From a virus (taxonomy: Duplodnaviria; Caudoviricetes), in IMG/VR virus record IMGVR_UViG_3300027697_000031, positions 1-46,686 of that record: a stretch of 46,686 nt of DNA; one strand, 5' to 3'. Below are positions 7,950-16,286 of the stretch, in pieces. Position 1 is the first letter of the stretch. The number at the start of each line of letters is the position of its first letter. The notes beneath the pieces are model-generated. The model saw nothing but the letters and a program-made list of their open reading frames with translations, ran no database searches and was not told the origin of the DNA. Position numbers and translations under genes: made by a program.

Positions 7950-8305
7950 AACTATCTACACTATCTAAACTATACATCGGCCATATGACAGGATTTAGAT
8001 AGCGTAACTTGACAATGAAAATGTATAGTTTGCAGGAATACCAAGGGATTCCAGAGGTATATGTATAGTTTATCTATCTAACTATCTATATTATCTATCA
8101 TTTTATGCTACTGTTTGATTCCACATTTGGAAATGTACTTTACATGTAAAGTGCGGTATGATAATACATAAAATTGTAGTGCCTTATTATGCCGAAAAAC
8201 ATAGATAGTTTAGATAGTTGCATTATTCCCCAATCAAATCAATGGCTTACGCTATCCGTAAAGTTAGATAATGCATATATACTTTACATCTGACAGTAGA
8301 TAGTT
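7950..8305. repeat. AT-rich non-coding region with CTATCTA/TAGATAG repeats; candidate replication origin
   Basis: CTATCTA at 7952, 7961, 8074, 8082; TAGATAG at 7996, 8202, 8211, 8297; 16-bp palindrome ACTTTACATGTAAAGT at 8137-8152. Confidence 0.65.
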
Positions 8306-8355
8306 GTACCTACTGTTGCACCATCAACCTTACAGTCTTACTTTGAAGTGGCGGG

Positions 8356-8386
8356 ACTTGACAATCGGCTCGGCTTCGGCGAGTCT
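8356..8386 (+). promoter_or_regulatory. Early promoter P2, similar to P1
   Basis: ACTTGACAAT...AGTCTG as in P1; TTGACA (8358-8363), N17, GAGTCT. Confidence 0.5.
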
Positions 8387-8461
8387 GGGAGTGTCCCCAA
8401 CGGGATCAGCGTTATGGCATAACAGCCATAACATTACATTAACTTTCATGGAGATTATGAA

Positions 8462-8782
8462 ATGAAAAAACTCAAACCAACCCACATCAATGTCATCTTA
8501 CGCCCTAAAGCAGGTGATATAGCAATTGAGGGTACATACAACGCTGATGGTACGCCATCATCTGACGGTAAGTTTAGCGTTGATGATGCTAAGGGCATCT
8601 ATGCTTACATGGTGAAGAAGGGTAAGGAACTTGGTAAGGCTTTACATACTTGGTCACCCAAGGATAATGCCGGTAAGAACCCTGTTGTAAAGTTCAACAA
8701 GTATGACAATGCACCATACATTGCATTGGTCAACAACACCGAAGCATCACGCCAACCTTCAGCAGTCAAGGTTGTTCTTTAA
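8462..8782 (+). CDS. Early hypothetical protein, paralog B
   Basis: 106 aa; shares PTH..VI..PKAG, YAxMVKKGKEL, KFNKYD..PYxALV and terminal KVVL with 7163..7471. Confidence 0.8.
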   Translation: MKKLKPTHINVILRPKAGDIAIEGTYNADGTPSSDGKFSVDDAKGIYAYMVKKGKELGKALHTWSPKDNAGKNPVVKFNKYDNAPYIALVNNTEASRQPSAVKVVL

Positions 8783-8789
8783 CCCCGAT

Positions 8790-8833
8790 GGGAGGATTGT
8801 ATAAAACACCATACAACCCTCCCTTTTCCTTTT
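8790..8833 (+). terminator. Hairpin with pyrimidine tail (terminator or processing site)
   Basis: GGGAGGATTGTAT...ATACAACCCTCCC then TTTTCCTTTT. Confidence 0.5.
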
Positions 8834-8849
8834 GTCATGGAGATATGAA

Positions 8850-9086
8850 ATGACCCAACTATACACACATACAGTACATATAGATACCAACATGGATCTA
8901 GTTGATGAGATGCATTGGGAGGATGTTGCATCTGAACGGGAGTTGTTTGTTTCATTGGAGTCTGAAGGGTTGGAGGAATCGTCAAGCCAACCCATCTTTG
9001 GCGGCATCAACCCAATGTCAAACGGCATCTATGCTTACACATCATGGTTCTACGATGGTGATGATTCAGCATTTAGCCCAATCTAA
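8850..9086 (+). CDS. Small very acidic early protein, 78 aa
   Basis: SD GGAG before ATG 8850; 15 D/E against 1 R and no K. Confidence 0.65.
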   Translation: MTQLYTHTVHIDTNMDLVDEMHWEDVASERELFVSLESEGLEESSSQPIFGGINPMSNGIYAYTSWFYDGDDSAFSPI

Positions 9087-9096
9087 TGGAGTGCAT

Positions 9097-9483
9097 ATGA
9101 AGCAGATAGCCAATGCTGATGCAAGACTTTACATACAACGCCGTGAACCCTTCAAAGGTAGCAACCTATGGGGGGAAAAGCGTATGACTCAAGGTGTATT
9201 AAGCACACATGACTATGTGGACTGGGAGGACTCATCAGAGTTGTATGTGGTTTGTTCCTATGGGGTTCACTACCCTATGTGGGTCTATGACTTTTTTACG
9301 GGTCAATGGTTCGGCAACCATGACAAATACAGTCGCACTACATCCAAGCATAAGTCACAAACCCAACCATGTGAGGGTACAAGGATTCGATGGTATGACA
9401 CTCAGACGATGGTGGACTTGATGGTGTATGGGTATCGGGGATTGGCATCACGAAGGATTCTATACGGAGGTAAAGTAGCATGA
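9097..9483 (+). CDS. Phage early hypothetical protein
   Basis: SD GGAG before ATG 9097 (MKQIAN...); YVVCSYG.H and DKYSRTTSKH motifs recognised from other phage early proteins. Confidence 0.7.
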   Translation: MKQIANADARLYIQRREPFKGSNLWGEKRMTQGVLSTHDYVDWEDSSELYVVCSYGVHYPMWVYDFFTGQWFGNHDKYSRTTSKHKSQTQPCEGTRIRWYDTQTMVDLMVYGYRGLASRRILYGGKVA

Positions 9484-9677
9484 GACCAAGATGTAAAGTT
9501 TGTAATGAGTTGTTTCCTACGGCACGCAAGAAGTTGGGCTATGACAATTGCACCAAGCATGGCAATGCCAAGCGTAACTTTACAGTAGCAATACCATATT
9601 CAAAGGGTGCATATCAGTTGATATACAACCCTGACGATATGTTTATGACCAACCCTAAACATATACGGGGGAAATGA
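9480..9677 (+). CDS. Small zinc-finger protein (DksA/TraR-like Cys pattern)
   Basis: CKVC...PTARKKLGYDNCTKH; SD GGAGG. Confidence 0.6.
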   Translation: MRPRCKVCNELFPTARKKLGYDNCTKHGNAKRNFTVAIPYSKGAYQLIYNPDDMFMTNPKHIRGK

Positions 9678-9886
9678 TGAGCGATACCAATTGGAATGAT
9701 GGCGTTGCCAACCATATAAGTTCAGCATTGATGGACATGTATGACATACGCAAGGCTCTGTCAAGTAAGGTTAAGAGTCAACCCAAGGACAATGATGGTA
9801 CGGAAACTACCATCGGGGACTGTATTGATTCGGTCATTGAAGCATTGGAGTACATGGACTTCAGGAAATGGAAAGAGGTCAAGTGA
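9674..9886 (+). CDS. Hypothetical protein, 70 aa
   Basis: ATGA coupling with the upstream gene. Confidence 0.6.
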   Translation: MMSDTNWNDGVANHISSALMDMYDIRKALSSKVKSQPKDNDGTETTIGDCIDSVIEALEYMDFRKWKEVK

Positions 9887-10029
9887 TGCCCATGCCTTTA
9901 CATGAAGCGGCTCAGAACACGGCATGGTTCGTCATTATCGTGGTGGTGGGCATAGCCCTTGTGCTATGGCATGACTGCCGTAAGGAAACTAAGGAAGATC
10001 AACGCAAGAAGGAGAAAAAGCATGACTAA
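9886..10029 (+). CDS. 47-aa membrane protein
   Basis: Read manually; TM segment WFVIIVVVGIALVLW then a basic tail; TGATG coupling. Confidence 0.55.
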   Translation: MPMPLHEAAQNTAWFVIIVVVGIALVLWHDCRKETKEDQRKKEKKHD

Positions 10030-10093
10030 ATTAATGTGGTTTATTGCCATTGGTGCATTGTTGGGTGCTATTGGTGGGGTGATATTCGGATGA
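10022..10093 (+). CDS. 23-aa membrane peptide (MTKLMWFIAIGALLGAIGGVIFG)
   Basis: Read manually; strong SD AAGGAG; ATGA coupling to the next gene. Confidence 0.5.
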   Translation: MTKLMWFIAIGALLGAIGGVIFG

Positions 10094-10251
10094 ATAAAAC
10101 TACAAAGACCATCATTGACTTTCTGATTGCAACCATATTCGGTGTACTCGTTGCCATTCTGTTCATGGAATGGTGGGTAGGGTGCGGTGAATCGTATGTC
10201 GATGCCAAGGGTATACGGCATATGAATGAGTGTTTGTTTCTTAAACTATGA
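10090..10251 (+). CDS. 53-aa membrane protein with a C-terminal Cys pair
   Basis: MNKTTK...; TM helix followed by GCGE...NECLF. Confidence 0.6.
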   Translation: MNKTTKTIIDFLIATIFGVLVAILFMEWWVGCGESYVDAKGIRHMNECLFLKL

Positions 10252-10262
10252 GGAGTAATGCT

Positions 10263-10427
10263 ATGAAGCGTCTGTTCATGTTACGGCATGGCAAAGGTGG
10301 AAGTGTAGTGCGAAGTAAGGAAGGGCAACCGATGTATTACGGGGATAAACCGAGTGCAAAGCAAGCCCGACAGGAGGGACAAGTTGTGTCCTATGGCGTT
10401 GACCATCGCAAATATAAAGGAGATTAA
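10263..10427 (+). CDS. Hypothetical protein, 54 aa (MKRLFMLRHGKGG...)
   Basis: Read manually; SD GAGGAG; ends just before the AAA gene start. Confidence 0.6.
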   Translation: MKRLFMLRHGKGGSVVRSKEGQPMYYGDKPSAKQARQEGQVVSYGVDHRKYKGD

Positions 10428-10428
10428 T

Positions 10429-11412
10429 ATGCGAGCCAGTTTACTTAAAGATACATTGAAGTCGTTGTTTCCCATTCAGAGGACTGTTGCCATTGAAGGC
10501 CCTCCCGGTGGTGGTAAGACAACCATTGTGCATGAAGTTGCACAGGAACTTGATGTGCCATGTGTCGAAGTACATATGCCGACCATGTTGGTAGAGGACT
10601 TTGGCATCCCGATGCTTGAAGGGGAGTGCATGCAGTACAAGTTGCCCCATTGGTTTCCGATCAAGGGTAAAGCCCCTGAGCGTGGCATCTTGTTGTTCGA
10701 TGATCGCAACCAAGCAAGTAATGATCTTCAGAAGGTGCTTGCCAACATATGTCAAGCCCGAACATTACATGGCGTACCAATGCCTGATGGGTGGCAAGTT
10801 GTATCAACGGGCAATCGTCAGTCCGACAGAGCAGGTGCAAACAAGGTGTTGAGCCATTTGCGTAATCGTGAGACTGCCATTGAGTATGAGACACACCTTG
10901 ATGACTTCACTACATGGTGCATTGACCACAAGGTTAAGCCCGAAGTGATTTCATTTACTCGGTTCAAGACGGGTTTGTTGCATGACTTTGACCCACAACG
11001 GGATCAGAATCCTAGCCCAAGAGCATGGGTTGAGGGTGTATCTGATGTGCTTGGTACTGTCCCTGCTGAAGCAGAGTATGAGTGCTTTAAGGGTGCAGTA
11101 GGTGAGGGTGCGGCGGCAGAGTTCGTTGGGTATCTCCGCATTTTCCGTACTCTACCTAACCCTGATGCCATCTTGCTAAATCCTGCAACGGCAGATGTAC
11201 CCAAAGATCCTGCTACGAAGTATGCATTGGCAGGTGCATTGGCTGATCGTGCAACAGAAGCAAACTTTGAACGAGTATGTACCTATGCAGAGCGTATGGA
11301 TGGTGACTTCTCAGTACTGACTGTCTCATATGCTTGCCGTAAGAAACCTGAGTTGACCAACACTCAAGCGTTTACGAAGTGGTCTGTAAACCACTCAGAT
11401 GTATTGTTTTAA
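10429..11412 (+). CDS. MoxR-like AAA+ ATPase
   Basis: Walker A GPPGGGKT, Walker B variant LLFDD, sensor TGN, LRNR arginine finger, SPRAW; SD AAGGAG before ATG 10429. Confidence 0.88.
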   Translation: MRASLLKDTLKSLFPIQRTVAIEGPPGGGKTTIVHEVAQELDVPCVEVHMPTMLVEDFGIPMLEGECMQYKLPHWFPIKGKAPERGILLFDDRNQASNDLQKVLANICQARTLHGVPMPDGWQVVSTGNRQSDRAGANKVLSHLRNRETAIEYETHLDDFTTWCIDHKVKPEVISFTRFKTGLLHDFDPQRDQNPSPRAWVEGVSDVLGTVPAEAEYECFKGAVGEGAAAEFVGYLRIFRTLPNPDAILLNPATADVPKDPATKYALAGALADRATEANFERVCTYAERMDGDFSVLTVSYACRKKPELTNTQAFTKWSVNHSDVLF

Positions 11413-11422
11413 CTAGCAGTCA

Positions 11423-11514
11423 TGGGGTATAGACACAGCCCTTTGTGGTACTACCGCTTGGACATCACCATCGTTTTGTCTTGCAACCTGTACCACTCGG
11501 CAGTCTGTACCCCA
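11423..11514 (+). other. Long imperfect intergenic RNA hairpin
   Basis: Nested stems TGGGGTATAGAC/GTCTGTACCCCA, GCC/GGC, GTGGTAC/GTACCAC and GGACA/TGTCT. Confidence 0.65.
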
Positions 11515-11540
11515 CCCATAACACAACATAAGGAGTGAAG

Positions 11541-12392
11541 ATGAACCTATCTGACCGCGCATTACTTGTGCAGTTGACCATATCCCAATGGACTGCACGG
11601 AAGTATGACAAGAAAGCAACGCAAGAAGTTGCTACGACTTTCAATACATCGAAAGATGCAGGGCGTTACAACAAGTCATTGCTACCTATGAATGACTACC
11701 TTGATCGGGTGCATAAGAAAACTACATTCATCCGTGAGAAGTTCTACAAGAACACTCTACCTTGGGGTATGGAAGGCACGATGATGTTGCCCACTACCAA
11801 TTACCTTGCGTTTATGAATGAGTTCCGTAAGGAAAAGAACGAGTGGTTGACCCTTGTCAATGACTTCAAGTCCAATTACTTGCAGTTGAAAGATGATGCA
11901 AAGCGAGTGCTTGGGCAGTTGTATGCCGATGCTGACTATCCTACGGAGAGTGAAGTAGGCAACAAGTTCAAGATCGACATGGCAGTATTTCCTGTGCCAT
12001 CGACAGACTTTAGATGTCAGATTGCCAGCGATGAATTGTCACGCATCCAACAAGATGTTGAGGCAAGAGTTGCTGATGCTCAGGCTACTGCGATGAAGGA
12101 AGTATGGACTCGGTTGTATGACAGAGTGAAACATATGGCAGAGAAACTTGCTGACCCTAAGTCTATCTTCAGAGATACCTTGGTGGAGAATCTGCAAGAG
12201 CAATGCGCCATGCTAACTCGTCTTAACTTTATGGATGATCCAAACCTTGAAGCCTTACGGCAACAAGTTGAGGGGACACTTGCATCACATCATCCTGATG
12301 CATTACGAAACGATCCTGACCTACGCCGTGATACTGCGGCTGAAGCGAAGGCAATCATGGACAAGATGTCCGTATTTATGGGAGGTCAATAA
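11541..12392 (+). CDS. DUF3150-like protein
   Basis: 283 aa, helical; TLPW..G...LP and Y...DYP....V..KF motifs; lies between the AAA and vWA genes. Confidence 0.6.
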   Translation: MNLSDRALLVQLTISQWTARKYDKKATQEVATTFNTSKDAGRYNKSLLPMNDYLDRVHKKTTFIREKFYKNTLPWGMEGTMMLPTTNYLAFMNEFRKEKNEWLTLVNDFKSNYLQLKDDAKRVLGQLYADADYPTESEVGNKFKIDMAVFPVPSTDFRCQIASDELSRIQQDVEARVADAQATAMKEVWTRLYDRVKHMAEKLADPKSIFRDTLVENLQEQCAMLTRLNFMDDPNLEALRQQVEGTLASHHPDALRNDPDLRRDTAAEAKAIMDKMSVFMGGQ

Positions 12393-13567
12393 TGACAACA
12401 CTAGCACCTAGTTCCGTTGTGAACAATACGAAGTACACGGATATGACTCCGCTGACTGATGCTCAGAAGGCGGTGCAACATAAGCGCATCATCAAGGCTC
12501 GTACTGCCTTGGTGTTGGAGCATCCGTTCTTTGGCAACATTGCATTGAACCTACCATTCTTTTTCGATGACAAGATTCCTACTGCCGCAACCAATGGCAA
12601 GCGTATCAAGTACAACCCACGCTTTGTGGAGTCATTGTGTGAGGAAGAAGTTAAGTTCCTTGTTGCCCATGAGTGTGGTCATCCTATGCTTGAGCATAAC
12701 TTCCGTCGTGGTGAGCGTAGTCCACGCCGTTGGAATCAAGCAGGTGACTATGTGATTAACCAACTATTGACCAATGAAGGTATTGGCAAGATGCCCCAAG
12801 GCGGTCTACTCAACGATGCCCTGTACCAAGCAGGTAATGGTGTAACTGATGCAATCTACAACTTGTTGCCCGAAGATCAAGGTGGCGATGAGGGTGGTGA
12901 TCCATTGGATGATTGCGAAGATGGTGATGGCAACCCTGCTGACCAAGCACAACAGTCTGCCGAATGGAAAGTCAAGGTAGCACAAGCGGCACAAGCCGCA
13001 AAGATGATGGGCAAAATGTCTGCTGAACTAGAGCGATTCGTGGGTAATGTGCTGAACCCCAAGGTCGATTGGCGTGATGTGATGCAACGCTTTCTTGTCA
13101 AGTGCAAGTCCGATGATCGCTCATTTGCTAGACCTAATCGTAGATTCTTGTCGCAAGGATTGTATCTACCAACATCGTCAGGTGAGACATTGGGCGAAGT
13201 ACTGTTTGCCGTTGACTGCTCAGGCTCCATTGGTCAGGCAGAGATAGATCAATTTGCGGCAGAGGTACGCATGGTCAAAGAAGATCTTGTACCAACAAAG
13301 ATTCATGTGGTGTACTTTGATAGCGAGGTATCACACTACGAATCATACGAACCCAATGATTCATTGAACATTCGACCACATGGCGGTGGCGGTACTGACT
13401 TTGCCCCTGTGTTTAAGTACATGGTAGATCACGGCATTGAACCTGTGGCATGTGTGTTCTTGACTGACCTATGTTGTGATTCATTCGGTGAACAACCATC
13501 ATGCCCTGTGTTGTGGGTATCTACTCAGGCAGACCAAGCACCATTCGGTGAAGTGGTGATGATGTAA
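12392..13567 (+). CDS. Zincin-like metallopeptidase plus vWA domain (DUF2201-type)
   Basis: HPFFG, TAATNG, HECGH (HExxH), WNQAGDYVIN, MIDAS DCSGS, GGGGTDF and FLTD. Confidence 0.88.
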   Translation: MTTLAPSSVVNNTKYTDMTPLTDAQKAVQHKRIIKARTALVLEHPFFGNIALNLPFFFDDKIPTAATNGKRIKYNPRFVESLCEEEVKFLVAHECGHPMLEHNFRRGERSPRRWNQAGDYVINQLLTNEGIGKMPQGGLLNDALYQAGNGVTDAIYNLLPEDQGGDEGGDPLDDCEDGDGNPADQAQQSAEWKVKVAQAAQAAKMMGKMSAELERFVGNVLNPKVDWRDVMQRFLVKCKSDDRSFARPNRRFLSQGLYLPTSSGETLGEVLFAVDCSGSIGQAEIDQFAAEVRMVKEDLVPTKIHVVYFDSEVSHYESYEPNDSLNIRPHGGGGTDFAPVFKYMVDHGIEPVACVFLTDLCCDSFGEQPSCPVLWVSTQADQAPFGEVVMM

Positions 13568-13770
13568 TGGACTTCACCATTGGCGAGATCATTGTGGGTG
13601 CGGTGTACTTTGCTATGGCAGGGTACATCATGTACCTACAACATGTTGTGCAAAGAGTGTCGAGCAAGACTGACTTCTTACAGTTGGTCTTGGTCGATGT
13701 GTGCGATGGCAAAGTTGATATACGGAGGACTCGTAATGGATTTGCAATCAGTAAGCGTGAACGGATATAA
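13567..13770 (+). CDS. Small membrane-anchored hypothetical protein
   Basis: TAATG coupling; N-terminal TM helix. Confidence 0.5.
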   Translation: MDFTIGEIIVGAVYFAMAGYIMYLQHVVQRVSSKTDFLQLVLVDVCDGKVDIRRTRNGFAISKRERI

Positions 13771-13930
13771 GTGTTTCTATAAAAACAAAACGGCAGAGGT
13801 TAAGGCTGAGACTTCCTATTCCGCTCAACAGAAAGCGGCAGAAATCTTTAAGGCAAAGAGAGCCTATGAAGTGACTGTCGTTCTATGTGAGAAGAATGGT
13901 GAGCAAGTTATTCATAAACCTACATTCTAG
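13736..13930 (+). CDS. Small phage early protein
   Basis: SD GGAGG before ATG 13736; NGYKCFYKNK..EVKAETSYSAQQKAA motif. Confidence 0.65.
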   Translation: MDLQSVSVNGYKCFYKNKTAEVKAETSYSAQQKAAEIFKAKRAYEVTVVLCEKNGEQVIHKPTF

Positions 13931-13940
13931 GGAGGACATA

Positions 13941-14141
13941 ATGGTAATTCAAAGCCCGTTTTATAAGCAGTTGAAGAAGGAGATACGGGTGACTGTGGCA
14001 GAAGAAGCAATAACAACCATCAATAACTTGGTGCGTGTGGTGCATGACCTGTACCCCGACCCTGAGTTCGTATCGCAGTATGGTGTAGATGAGGTACTTA
14101 ACCAAGCCCAAGTGACACTTGGCAAACTTAAAGGAGAATGA
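13941..14141 (+). CDS. Hypothetical protein, 66 aa
   Basis: SD GGAGG before ATG 13941. Confidence 0.6.
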   Translation: MVIQSPFYKQLKKEIRVTVAEEAITTINNLVRVVHDLYPDPEFVSQYGVDEVLNQAQVTLGKLKGE

Positions 14142-14142
14142 C

Positions 14143-14814
14143 ATGGCAACAGTACGATTCAGCAAGGAGTTCAAGGACTCCATCATTAAGAAAGCAAGAG
14201 AAGTATTCAAGTCCCGTGAGAAATCGGTAGATGATGCATTGCCAAACAAGTGGGGCGATAAGTTATACGACGCTATCTTTGCAAGCCATATCCCTACGCT
14301 CAACAATGTACCCGTTGAGTTCCTCAACATGCAAGGCGAGTTGCGTTTTGGTGGGATGGTTGCAGACAATCTGCAATCAGTATCATTCTCTATGCCGTTG
14401 ACTATGAAGCGACCATTCCCCGTAGATAGCGACAAACTACCTGCTGATCTTCAGACTAAGGTTAAGAAGTCAGGGGGATACTACAACAACGAGTACAAAC
14501 TGCTTGATGTACCTGAGTTCGCAGACTTCAAGGCTGAGTTAGTTGCATGGGTACAGGCTAAGACAGACCTTAGAAACAAAGAGCGTGAGTTCATTAATGC
14601 AGTTGAGAAAGTAATTAACTCACATGCAACCCTCGCCCCTGCTCTCAAGATGTGGCCTCCATTATGGGAATTTGTGGAGGAAAGTTATCGTGACCGCCAT
14701 CGTGAGGTGGTGGACAGGGTTAAACCATCTGAGAAATTACAGTCATTGGAGGAAGAAGGCATCAATCTTTCTGCTCTAACTGCAACCGTTGTCGCCCACA
14801 AACTAACCAAGTAA
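14143..14814 (+). CDS. Hypothetical protein, possibly Nmad5-like
   Basis: SD AAGGAG; coiled coil followed by TLAPALKMWP, reminiscent of the T..L..WP motif of Nmad5. Confidence 0.55.
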   Translation: MATVRFSKEFKDSIIKKAREVFKSREKSVDDALPNKWGDKLYDAIFASHIPTLNNVPVEFLNMQGELRFGGMVADNLQSVSFSMPLTMKRPFPVDSDKLPADLQTKVKKSGGYYNNEYKLLDVPEFADFKAELVAWVQAKTDLRNKEREFINAVEKVINSHATLAPALKMWPPLWEFVEESYRDRHREVVDRVKPSEKLQSLEEEGINLSALTATVVAHKLTK

Positions 14815-14822
14815 GGACTAAC

Positions 14823-15770
14823 ATGACACAACCTACCGCACATTGGTGGAATAACTGCCCCTTGCGTACCTATGCTGATGCGTTTGCCCACTTCAGTACC
14901 GCCAAGAGTAAACCTAATGGTAAACCCTTACGCCAATGGGCGAGGGTGTATATCAACGGCAGTACCCTTGAGTTCTATTATGGTGATAATAAGGGTGTAA
15001 AGTTTGGCGAGTGGACACCTGACAACATCTTTACATTTACTTCCTCGCCTCACGAATTGCGTAATACATGCGCCGTTACATTTGCGTCAAGTTTGTATCG
15101 TGCCGTGCCATTCATGTGGCAACGGGTGGGTACGGGTAGGTATCGCATCCAACATACTTCAAAGATTCCATACAAAGAATATCGTACAACAAACTATACA
15201 GATGAGCGTATGGACTGGGGTTACATGAGGACTAAAGCCCTAAACTACGAGAAAGGATTACGCTTCAACATGTTGACAGGTGAGTGCATTGATGCCCCAC
15301 CAGAGTACTCTGAACTCGTCAATGATTCTGCCCGCAAGGAATGGCTACGAGGACTACGCAAATTCAAGTACGCTATGAAAGTCAGAGGGCGTATCGGTGC
15401 GTTTGACCCCATCATTCAGTCTATCAAGTCAGACTCCAATGCTATGGCAAACCGAGGTGTGCCTGATTGGTCGGATAAGATATGGCTCTATGCTCTTTCT
15501 GATGCCATCAAAACAGGTGATATTAGCCTAGAGATTATGCGTGGGTTTGCTTCCCATGCTTTGTTTGATCGTTACTATTATCATCGTGGTTCGATCTCGA
15601 CTGCAAATATCTTGGAAGTTGTAGATGCAGTATGTAAGACATATAGTTTTGATTTGCGTAAACAGTTCGGAGTGTTCAATGCGGTGTCCCCAATGCAAGA
15701 AACGAATGAAGTGTCTCGACACGAGGTGGCAGGAGACAGAGAGAATAACCCTACGCCGATGGAAGTGTGA
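14823..15770 (+). CDS. Hypothetical protein, 315 aa
   Basis: Long ORF with SD AAGGA in operon context. Confidence 0.7.
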   Translation: MTQPTAHWWNNCPLRTYADAFAHFSTAKSKPNGKPLRQWARVYINGSTLEFYYGDNKGVKFGEWTPDNIFTFTSSPHELRNTCAVTFASSLYRAVPFMWQRVGTGRYRIQHTSKIPYKEYRTTNYTDERMDWGYMRTKALNYEKGLRFNMLTGECIDAPPEYSELVNDSARKEWLRGLRKFKYAMKVRGRIGAFDPIIQSIKSDSNAMANRGVPDWSDKIWLYALSDAIKTGDISLEIMRGFASHALFDRYYYHRGSISTANILEVVDAVCKTYSFDLRKQFGVFNAVSPMQETNEVSRHEVAGDRENNPTPMEV

Positions 15771-16035
15771 GTGCGGAGTTCGGGGTAAGACCAAAGAAGC
15801 ATGGCTCTCTACCCCGACCAAAGTACAACCACGGAAAGCAAAGCCGAAGAAGCAAACCATGAATCAACAAGTTGACCATTTGATGAAGGCTTTTTACGGG
15901 GGGCGTGTGTCGAAGAAAGAGAAACAAGTTGTGGTGAAACACACGCCTATCAAATCTATGTTTGAGGATACTGAAGAAAACTTTGGCGATGATATAAAAG
16001 ACTTAGGGTTAGACATACCTAGAAACTTTGACTAA
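15679..16035 (+). CDS. Protein with an NrdR-like N-terminal zinc ribbon
   Basis: MRCPQC...LDTR...LRRWKCEC...KTKE matches the NrdR N-terminal pattern; SD GGAG. Confidence 0.65.
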   Translation: MRCPQCKKRMKCLDTRWQETERITLRRWKCECGVRGKTKEAWLSTPTKVQPRKAKPKKQTMNQQVDHLMKAFYGGRVSKKEKQVVVKHTPIKSMFEDTEENFGDDIKDLGLDIPRNFD

Positions 16036-16046
16036 AGGAGTTTAAT

Positions 16047-16286
16047 ATGAATGACATTGAGAGAATGGTGAAAGACTACACAAGAGTAGTTGGCAAGATA
16101 CAAGATGCCATCTCTCAAGAAAAAGTTGATGACATTATTCCCGCACTTTCTTCTGTACTTGCAGAGGTTGGTGCGTTTTCTGAAATTGAAAAGAAACAGT
16201 TGGTGTATTTTGTAGTAGGTGCGATTGATAGGATATACAGAAACCACGAAGGAGGTTCATGTGAGCATCAAGGAAAACCTAATTAG
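16047..16286 (+). CDS. Hypothetical protein, 79 aa
   Basis: SD AAGGAG. Confidence 0.65.
   Translation: MNDIERMVKDYTRVVGKIQDAISQEKVDDIIPALSSVLAEVGAFSEIEKKQLVYFVVGAIDRIYRNHEGGSCEHQGKPN

Noticed and set aside
10354-10428. N-terminal extension of the AAA ORF given in the ORF track
   Set aside because: A strong SD precedes ATG 10429, and the extension overlaps a separate SD-led 54-aa ORF.
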